Below are positions 37,746-44,536 of a stretch of DNA of 44,536 bases, piece by piece. Position 1 is the stretch's first letter; each line of letters opens with the position of its first letter. The stretch is from a virus. The notes under the pieces were generated by a model that saw nothing but the letters and a program-made list of their open reading frames with translations, was not told the origin of the DNA and searched no databases. The DNA lies in IMG/VR virus record IMGVR_UViG_3300025294_000010, positions 1 through 44,536 of that record, one strand, 5' to 3'. Made by a program: the position numbers and the translations under genes.

Positions 37746-38335
37746 GCGAGCTTCGCCGCCTGCGCCCCACCGTCGAGGCCCGCATCGAAGCCCGGCAGGA
37801 GCTTCGCGCCGAGCGCCTTGCGCCGCCGCTGGTGCTAGAGCAGGCAGAGCAGATCCTGATGCACCTGGCGCAGGGCCAGCGGATCACGCACATTGCCGCC
37901 ATGCCCGACATCCCAGCCTATTGGGTCATCGCCAAGTGGAAGCGCGAGCACCCCTGGTTCGCCGAGGCCGTGGCCGATGCCGAGCGCGCGGGCGCGGAGA
38001 AGATGCTGTGGGACATGCTGGAGATCGCCGACGACGAGAACCGGGCGCCAGCCTGCAGGGAGGTGTCCATCAAGGCGCGCCAGTTCGCGGTGAAGGTGCT
38101 GGACCGCAAGCGCTTCGACCCGGCCGTCAAGGTCGAGGTCAGCCAGGGCGGGGTGAATGCGGACGAGCTGTCCGACGCCGAGCTGGCCAGGATCGTGAGG
38201 CAGCGGGAGCGGGGCCAGGCTGAGGCGATCGACGCGGCGACCCCGGGGAGCCCCCCGCTGGCGGACCCGGGGGCGTCGAAACGAGATGCCCCCCCACTAT
38301 CCCCGCCATCCCAAAAACCTTTTTCAAACGAATAG
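37742..38335 (+). CDS. Terminase small subunit-like DNA-binding protein
   Basis: 197 aa with a GTG start. An N-terminal HTH is followed by ERAGAEKMLWDMLEIADDENRAPACREVSIKARQFAVKVLDRKRFDP. This follows the pattern I associate with a common phage TerS family (A......L..IA.D.........R...........K.....). Confidence 0.6.
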   Translation: MSELRRLRPTVEARIEARQELRAERLAPPLVLEQAEQILMHLAQGQRITHIAAMPDIPAYWVIAKWKREHPWFAEAVADAERAGAEKMLWDMLEIADDENRAPACREVSIKARQFAVKVLDRKRFDPAVKVEVSQGGVNADELSDAELARIVRQRERGQAEAIDAATPGSPPLADPGASKRDAPPLSPPSQKPFSNE

Positions 38336-38398
38336 CCGCTCGCCGAGGAAACATGGTAGGCTCCCACCCCGGCATCGGCATAAGCACTGGAGGCATGT

Positions 38399-38725
38399 AT
38401 GAAGTATCGGCAGCGCGGCACGGAGGTATCGGCGATGGGCTGGACGGGCGGCTCGGCCTCGGCGGCGGAGGTGGTGGCGTGGCTGGGTGACGTGGGCTGG
38501 CGGGCGGCGTATGTGCCGGCCACGGGAGCCGCTCCTGCACCGGCCGCGGAGGAGCAGGGCGCGCCTACCGACCCGGCATACCGTCCGGAGGCCATCTTCC
38601 TTGAGTCCCAGGTCAGCGGCGCGCAGACGGTGGTGGCGCCGGCATGGTTCGCGCTGGAGGCGGATGGGGTGCGGGTGTACAGCCCGGAGGCGTTCGAGGA
38701 GCGGTATGAGGAGGTGATGCCGTGA
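38399..38725 (+). CDS. Hypothetical protein
   Basis: 108 aa with a GGAGG RBS 6 nt upstream. Confidence 0.65.
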   Translation: MKYRQRGTEVSAMGWTGGSASAAEVVAWLGDVGWRAAYVPATGAAPAPAAEEQGAPTDPAYRPEAIFLESQVSGAQTVVAPAWFALEADGVRVYSPEAFEERYEEVMP

Positions 38726-39045
38726 GCGACTACATGCAGCAGCTCAAGCAGCAGAACGCGCTGGCGCAGCATCCTGCGGCCTCGCGCAGCGGCTCTATCG
38801 TCGCCACCCGCCCCATCGTGGTGGAGGGGGTGAGTTTCCTGGTGGCGGAGATCGTGATCCCGGCGCCAGACGACGTGCACGACGCCCATGTCTTCCGGTC
38901 GGTGCAGCCGTTGAATACGGATGCAGCCACGGCTTCCAGTGTCGCGCGGAAGGAGCTGGCGAGGAAGCTTCTTGCCGCCATCGGCGTTCGTCCCGAGGAC
39001 CTGTTGCCTACTCAGTACACCACCAACCATGGGAAAGGCGCATGA
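38722..39045 (+). CDS. Hypothetical protein
   Basis: 107 aa. The GTG start overlaps the upstream stop (GTGA). Confidence 0.6.
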   Translation: MSDYMQQLKQQNALAQHPAASRSGSIVATRPIVVEGVSFLVAEIVIPAPDDVHDAHVFRSVQPLNTDAATASSVARKELARKLLAAIGVRPEDLLPTQYTTNHGKGA

Positions 39046-39419
39046 CCATCACCCCCGAGCAGCTGGAAACGATCGGCCCACTGTGGGCGCGGCTGAAGGA
39101 GCTGGAGTCTGCGCGGATGCTGCTGGCGCGGGCCGGGCATCTGGCGGTGACGGTGGTGGATGGGACCGAGGCGCAGGGTACGGCGCAGGCGCCCCCCAGC
39201 TTCACCATGGGCGGCACCCCGCAGGAGCTGGCCGGCGTCGCTGGTGCGGTGGCTGCGGCGCTGGAGGCGCAGGCCGCGGCGGTGAGGGAGGAGCTGGCGT
39301 TGCTGGGGGTGAAGCCGTCGGTGGAGCGCGCCGCCCATGACGCGTCGGACGTGGTTGCCGCCGCACTTGTCACGACTGCGCCTCGCAAAAGCGCCAAGCC
39401 TGCTGGCAGGAAGCGCTGA
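39042..39419 (+). CDS. Hypothetical Ala-rich protein
   Basis: 125 aa with an ATGA start overlap. The C-terminal tail is basic (PRKSAKPAGRKR). Confidence 0.6.
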   Translation: MTITPEQLETIGPLWARLKELESARMLLARAGHLAVTVVDGTEAQGTAQAPPSFTMGGTPQELAGVAGAVAAALEAQAAAVREELALLGVKPSVERAAHDASDVVAAALVTTAPRKSAKPAGRKR

Positions 39420-39512
39420 TGGACTGGCTGGTGATGCTGGCGGTGGTTGGCCTGGCCCTGGCGGCGGAATGGCGCTGGGGGCCGGTGGTGCGGGAGGCGG
39501 AGCGACACCTGC

Positions 39513-41183
39513 ATGCGGATTGAGCATGCCCATGACGCCGCACAACTCCTGCAGCGCCGCCGCGCCGCACGCGCATCGCTGGAGGACTACGCCGGCTACA
39601 TCGAGATCCCCGACCGCCCGGTAAGCGAGGACGTGGACGAGGATAGCTTCGAGGTCTACGACGGGCCGATGGCGCTGCACCACCGGGTCATCTGCCGCGC
39701 CATCCAGCGCTGCGTGCACAAGCGGCATGGGCGCTTGATGATCATGGCCCCACCCGGCGCGGCCAAGTCCACATTTACCTCGGTGGTGGCGCCGACCTGG
39801 ATCATGGGCGCCATCCCGCGCTCCAAGCTCATCCTGGCGTCGTATGCGTCGGAGCTGGCCGAGCGGCAGTCCCGCAAGGCGCGGCAGATCGCCCGCTCCC
39901 AGCGCTTCAACACGCTGTTCGATACCGCCATCCCGACCGACAACCGCGCCGCCGACGAGTGGGGGCTGACCAACGGGTCGACCTTCATGTGCGGCGGCAT
40001 CCTCTCCGGCCTCACCGGCAACCGCGCCACGGTGGCCATCGCCGATGACCTGATCAAGGGCCGCAACGAGGCTGAGTCCGAGACGCTGCGCAAGCGCACC
40101 TGGGAGGCATACCGCGACGACCTGCGTTCGCGCCTGGTGTCCGGCGGCTCGCTGATCCTGATGAACACCCGCTGGCACATGGAAGACGTGTCCGGGATGA
40201 TCCTGCCGCGCGAGTGGAATGGCGAGAGCGGCACCTTCATGGGGTCCGACGGCCTGGAGTGGGAGGTGATCTCCCTGCCGGCCAAGGTGGAGACGTCGCT
40301 GCAGGAAGCCACCGACCCGCTTGGCCGCAAGGTGGGCGACTACCTGTGGCCGGAGAACTGGGACCGCGGCCACTGGGTGCAGTCCGACCCGGCGCTGGGC
40401 GCGCGCGACACCAACACGCCGACCGGCCGGCGTGCCTGGTATTCCATGTACCAGCAGGTACCGCACCCGGACGACGGCATCCTGTTCCGGCGCGAGGACT
40501 TCCGCTGGTACGAGCGCGGCGAGGCGCCGTCCCGCCTGCGGCACTACATGGCCGCCGACTGGGCGCTGTCCGACCAGCTGCTGTCCACCGACCCGGACTG
40601 GACGCGGGTGGTGGTGGCTGGCCTTGACGACGGCAAGAACGAGGACCTGCTGCCGCGGCTGTACCTGCTGGACGCCTACAGCGCGCGCAAGGGCGAGGAG
40701 ATCACGGTGCCTGCCGTGGTGCGGCTGATGAAGAAGTGGCGGCGCAAGCTGCGCAAGTACATCGGCGAGCATGGCAACATCGAGAAGCTGATCGCCGGCC
40801 TGATCCGCCGCGAGTGCAAGGACCAGAAGGTGCCGGAGGTGCCGCGCCTGATCCTGCCAACGGCCGGCGCCGGCAACAAGGTGGCCAAGGCCGGCGCATT
40901 CCGCAAGCTGGTGGAGGAGGGGCGCGTCTACCTGCCGATCGGCGAGGCATGGGCCGAGGAGTTCGTGGCCGAGTGCTGCGCCTTCCCGGGCGGGGCGCAT
41001 GATGACTTCGTGGACGTGGGCAGCCTGTTCGGCCGGGCCATGGGCGAGATGCTCAACGCGCCGGGCGCCGCCACCGCCGAGGAGCGGGAGAAGCCGCTGA
41101 CCCCGCTGACGTACGAATGGTGGGAGCGGCAGGCCAAGTATGAGAACATCGAGCGCGCCGAGCGCGAACGGCAATTCCGATGA
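39513..41183 (+). CDS. terL: Terminase large subunit
   Basis: 556 aa from ATG 39513; the track start at 39447 adds an Arg/Gly/Trp-rich leader. It has Walker A (LMIMAPPGAAKST) and a Walker B-like segment (ATVAIADDLIKG), followed by a C-terminal nuclease-type region. It lies directly upstream of the portal gene. Confidence 0.85.
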   Translation: MRIEHAHDAAQLLQRRRAARASLEDYAGYIEIPDRPVSEDVDEDSFEVYDGPMALHHRVICRAIQRCVHKRHGRLMIMAPPGAAKSTFTSVVAPTWIMGAIPRSKLILASYASELAERQSRKARQIARSQRFNTLFDTAIPTDNRAADEWGLTNGSTFMCGGILSGLTGNRATVAIADDLIKGRNEAESETLRKRTWEAYRDDLRSRLVSGGSLILMNTRWHMEDVSGMILPREWNGESGTFMGSDGLEWEVISLPAKVETSLQEATDPLGRKVGDYLWPENWDRGHWVQSDPALGARDTNTPTGRRAWYSMYQQVPHPDDGILFRREDFRWYERGEAPSRLRHYMAADWALSDQLLSTDPDWTRVVVAGLDDGKNEDLLPRLYLLDAYSARKGEEITVPAVVRLMKKWRRKLRKYIGEHGNIEKLIAGLIRRECKDQKVPEVPRLILPTAGAGNKVAKAGAFRKLVEEGRVYLPIGEAWAEEFVAECCAFPGGAHDDFVDVGSLFGRAMGEMLNAPGAATAEEREKPLTPLTYEWWERQAKYENIERAERERQFR

Positions 41184-41201
41184 CCAGCCAGGGCTACCCG
41201 A

Positions 41202-43520
41202 ATGTCCACCACGCCTGAAGAACTGCAGATCGCCGCCGCCGCCACGCAGGCGGCCAACGCCATGACCGACGAAGCGGCCGGCGTGGACGCCAAGAATCGC
41301 GCCGCCGAGCGAGAGCAGGTCAAGCGCTGGCAGCGCACCATCTCCGAGGCGCGGGACTTCGACAAGGCCGCCTACAGCATGATGGGCACCTGCCGCGGCT
41401 ACGCCGCCGGCCTGTCCGCCTACGAGGTGTCGGTCAACGTCCTGGGCTCCAACATCGACATCATGAAGGCGTTCCTGTACGCGCGGAACCCACAGGTGGC
41501 GGTGACGCCGGCGCGGCAGACCTCATTGCCGCCGGTGGAGCGGCCGCAGGCCCCGGTGCCGCCGGAAAACCCGATGGACAAGCTGCTGCAGCTGCCAGGG
41601 GTGGCCGGCGCCACGCAGGATCCGGCGCAGGCACAGGCGCTGCTGCAAAGCCCGGAGGTGGCAGCGCGCGTGGGCCCGAAGCTGACCGAGTACCAGATGC
41701 AGTACGCGCAGTACCAGATGCACCTGGACATGTACACCGCGCAGATGCAGGCGTATGGCCAGGAGATGCGCAAGCGCGCCATGCTGCGCAATGAGCGCAA
41801 GCGCTTCGCCGAAACGCTGGACATCCTGGTGTCCAAGAGCTGGGACCTGGCCGAGCTGAAGGAGGAGATGCGCGCCAACATCAGCACCGCGCTGACCTGC
41901 GGGCTTGGCTGGATCAAGATGGTGTGGCAGGAAGACAATGGGATGGACCCCATTGCGCTGAAGAAGCTCAACTCGCTGCAGGAGAACATGCAACTGGTGG
42001 AGGAACTGCGCAAGCAGGCCACCGACCCGACCAGCACGCCACATCTGGACCAGCTGCAGCAGCGCATCGCCGAGATCATCGCCGGCATGCAGCAGCAGAA
42101 GGAGGTGGTGGTTGCGCGAGGCCTGGTGGTGGACAACATCTCACCGGAAGACATCACGGTGCCGCTTGGCGTGACACGCGTGTCGAAGGTGTCCAGCTAC
42201 CCGTGGATCGACCAGCGCGCTTTCATGCGCCTGGAGGCGGCGAAGGTTCGCTACCGCGGGCACGACGATGAGACATGGCGCAAGGCCACGCGCTACAGCC
42301 AGCGCAAGCCCACGATCCGCCTGAACGTCGCCGCTGCCGATCATCCCAGCTGGGAACTGACCGACGCCTCCAGCGCATCGCAGTTCACCGCCAGCAGCGA
42401 CGGCAAGATGGTGGCGATGTGCGAGAGCAGCGGTGGCGACTTCATCTGCGTGCACGAAACCTGGGACAAGGTGGACGGCCTGATCCGCACCTGGGCCGAG
42501 GGGATGGACTGCTACCTGCTGCCGCCTCATGCGCCGGAAGTGCCGATCACCCGCTTTTTCCCGTTCTTCTGCGTGGCGCCAATCGAAGTGGATGGAGAGC
42601 GTTACCCGCAGTCCAACGTACAGCGCAGCTACCAGCTGCAGGACGAGCGCAACTCGCGCCTCACCGCCATGAAGCGCCAGCGTGACCGCGCGCGGCAGGG
42701 CATCCTGGGCGACGCCGGCGCCATCGACAAGGACGAGGCCGGCAAGATCAACGAGTCGGTGGAAGGCGAGATCACCTACGTCTCCACCACTGGCGACAAG
42801 CCGATCCAGAACGTGTTCATGGCCAAGCCCGTGGTCCAGCTGGACCCGGCGCTGTACCAGGTAGAGACGATCGACCGCGACATCGAGCGCATCTGGGGCG
42901 TGCAGCAGGCGCTCCAGGGCACCGTGCGTGTCGAGCAGACCGCCACCGAGTCGGAGATCCAGCAGCAGGGGTTCTCGGCGCGGACCGCCTATATGCGCGA
43001 GCCCATGGAGGCCGCGCTGTCGGACATGTCGGTGGCCACCTCGGAGATCCTGCTGCAGCGGCTGACCCCGGAAGATGCCATGGCATATGCCGGCCCGGGT
43101 GCGGTGTGGCCGGAAGCCACCTCGGTGTCGGACCTGGCCTCACTGGTCACCGTGTCCATCAAGGCCGGAAGCTCCGGCAAGCCCAACCTGTCGGCCGAGC
43201 GCCAGGCGTGGTCCACGCTGCTTCCGCTGGCCCAGGGCCTGATCCAGCAGATCGGCCAGCTGCGCAACTCCGACCCGGCCAACGTCGCCGACACGTTCGA
43301 ACACCTGCTGTCCATCACCATGGACCTGTCCGGCGTGCAGAACATCCCGATCGACGAGATCACCCCGCGCGAGTCCATGCCGCAGCCTCAGCCACAGCAG
43401 GCCGATGCCGGCGCGCCACCGGCTTTCCCCGCGCCGCATAACGCCGCACCACCCATGCCCGATGACTTCGCCGCCGGCCCGACCGGCCCGAACAACCCCA
43501 ACCCCAACATGCTGAATTGA
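41202..43520 (+). CDS. Portal protein
   Basis: 772-aa ORF between terL and the scaffold-like gene. Size and position fit, and it has a Pro/Gln-rich C-terminal tail. No profile search was possible. Confidence 0.8.
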   Translation: MSTTPEELQIAAAATQAANAMTDEAAGVDAKNRAAEREQVKRWQRTISEARDFDKAAYSMMGTCRGYAAGLSAYEVSVNVLGSNIDIMKAFLYARNPQVAVTPARQTSLPPVERPQAPVPPENPMDKLLQLPGVAGATQDPAQAQALLQSPEVAARVGPKLTEYQMQYAQYQMHLDMYTAQMQAYGQEMRKRAMLRNERKRFAETLDILVSKSWDLAELKEEMRANISTALTCGLGWIKMVWQEDNGMDPIALKKLNSLQENMQLVEELRKQATDPTSTPHLDQLQQRIAEIIAGMQQQKEVVVARGLVVDNISPEDITVPLGVTRVSKVSSYPWIDQRAFMRLEAAKVRYRGHDDETWRKATRYSQRKPTIRLNVAAADHPSWELTDASSASQFTASSDGKMVAMCESSGGDFICVHETWDKVDGLIRTWAEGMDCYLLPPHAPEVPITRFFPFFCVAPIEVDGERYPQSNVQRSYQLQDERNSRLTAMKRQRDRARQGILGDAGAIDKDEAGKINESVEGEITYVSTTGDKPIQNVFMAKPVVQLDPALYQVETIDRDIERIWGVQQALQGTVRVEQTATESEIQQQGFSARTAYMREPMEAALSDMSVATSEILLQRLTPEDAMAYAGPGAVWPEATSVSDLASLVTVSIKAGSSGKPNLSAERQAWSTLLPLAQGLIQQIGQLRNSDPANVADTFEHLLSITMDLSGVQNIPIDEITPRESMPQPQPQQADAGAPPAFPAPHNAAPPMPDDFAAGPTGPNNPNPNMLN

Positions 43521-43530
43521 CGGAGAGAGC

Positions 43531-44536
43531 ATGAGTACGAAAGAGATCACCGCCGAGATGACCGAGGCGGACGTGGTGAACGCGGCGCTGGCCGCGGCCG
43601 AGCTGGAAGAAGCCCCGCCTGCCCAGGTGGAGGACCCGGCGCCGGCTGAAGAAGCCGAGCCGACTGACCCGCCGCCGCCTGCCGAAGACGCCCCGCCGGC
43701 CGAGGATCCGGCCCCGGAGGAGCCCACACCCGAGGAAGTGCCGCCGGAGGAGCCGCCGCCGGCCGAGGAGCTGACCGAGGAGCAGAAGGCCAACCAGGAG
43801 GCCGACGAGGCGGCCAAGGCCATCGGCATCCGGTCGGAGCGCTCCACCGAGAAGTTCCGCGAGGTCTACAACGACGCCAAGAAGGTGCTTCCGGCGGTGC
43901 GCGCAGAGCTGGAGCAGGTCCGCCCGGCCGCCGAGCGCTGGGAACACACCATGCGCTTCGTGCAGGAGCACAACATCTCCCCGGAGATGTACGGACAGGC
44001 CATGAACATGATGGCCGGCCTTGCTTCCAACGACCTGGGCGTGCTGGAGAAGGTCGCAGGCGCCCTGGAGGCCGAACTGCAGCGCGTCAACCAGCGCCTT
44101 GGCCGGGAGGGCGCCGGTTTCGACCCGCTCTCCACGCCGGAGAACCACGACCTGCGCATGCGCGTGGAGACCGGGGAGATCGACCGCTCCGCGGCGCTGG
44201 AGATAGGCCGCCTGCGCCATGCCAACAGCCACAACGAGCAGGTGCGAGCAGAGCAGCAGCGACGGCAGCAGGAGGCAGACAGCGCGGCTGAGGCGCGCAA
44301 CCAAGCTGTGGCCGAGCTTGACAGGCTCGGCGAGGAGCTGTCGAAGCTGGACCCGAACTTCGCGGCAAAGTCCGCCGCCATCGAGCCGTCCATGAAGGCG
44401 ATGATCGCCCGCCTGCCGCCGCGGGAGTGGGCCGCGGCCTACAAGGAGGCCTACATGGGCTTCCAGTACACGCCGCCGCCTGCCGCGCGCGCCGCGCCCG
44501 CGCCCACGCCGCTGCGACACCAGCCTCTGCGCCCCA
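43531..44536 (+). CDS. Scaffolding-like protein, N-terminal part (runs off the window end and continues at base 128 of the circular map)
   Basis: ATG 43531 has a GGAGAG RBS, and there is no stop before the window end, which is why it is absent from the ORF track. An acidic Pro/Glu/Ala-rich N-terminus is followed by long helical/coiled-coil sequence. It lies between the portal and capsid genes. Confidence 0.75.
   Translation, partial: MSTKEITAEMTEADVVNAALAAAELEEAPPAQVEDPAPAEEAEPTDPPPPAEDAPPAEDPAPEEPTPEEVPPEEPPPAEELTEEQKANQEADEAAKAIGIRSERSTEKFREVYNDAKKVLPAVRAELEQVRPAAERWEHTMRFVQEHNISPEMYGQAMNMMAGLASNDLGVLEKVAGALEAELQRVNQRLGREGAGFDPLSTPENHDLRMRVETGEIDRSAALEIGRLRHANSHNEQVRAEQQRRQQEADSAAEARNQAVAELDRLGEELSKLDPNFAAKSAAIEPSMKAMIARLPPREWAAAYKEAYMGFQYTPPPAARAAPAPTPLRHQPLRP
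44410..44536. repeat. Second copy of the 127-bp end overlap (equals 1..127)
   Basis: Identical by direct reading. Confidence 0.95.

Overview
This GC-rich window has strongly GC3-biased codons and is a complete, self-closing genome of a tailed dsDNA phage. Bases 1..127 are identical to 44410..44536, so the unit length is 44,409 bp and the scaffold-like gene spans the junction. The virion half follows a podovirus/T7-like order: TerS-like, TerL, portal, scaffold, major capsid, adaptor/tubular-like proteins, a block of internal (ejection) proteins ending in an 1816-aa giant, then tail fibre. I see no DNA polymerase, RNA polymerase, integrase or CI-type repressor. There are four transcription blocks: (1) rightward packaging, virion and lysis genes, 37051 through the wrap to 20784; (2) leftward RecT/YqaJ recombination module, 23612 to 20953; (3) rightward replication module, 23847 to 30665; (4) a leftward operon of about 19-20 tiny, mostly overlapping ORFs, 36598 to 30718. 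The items most worth a second look are: (a) an 87-nt tRNA-like element with a perfect acceptor stem and T-arm but an aberrant D region, lying between two paralogous TerS-like HTH genes; (b) a 337-codon intein with a LAGLIDADG core splitting the Walker A motif of an SF2 helicase; (c) a ~450-bp AT-rich, ORF-free control region packed with nested inverted repeats (four copies of TAGCAnnTGTGAC) and three copies of ATTAYTCAAACGA, one of which overlaps a good sigma70-type promoter; (d) a GNAT-type motif inside the giant ejection protein plus a second acetyltransferase-like protein and a cupin in the same block; (e) a short GT-A-like glycosyltransferase coupled to the spanin genes inside the virion operon; (f) a 100-aa protein ending in the bacterial SSB tip DDDIPF. 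All functional calls rest on motifs I can read, gene order and size. No database search was possible.
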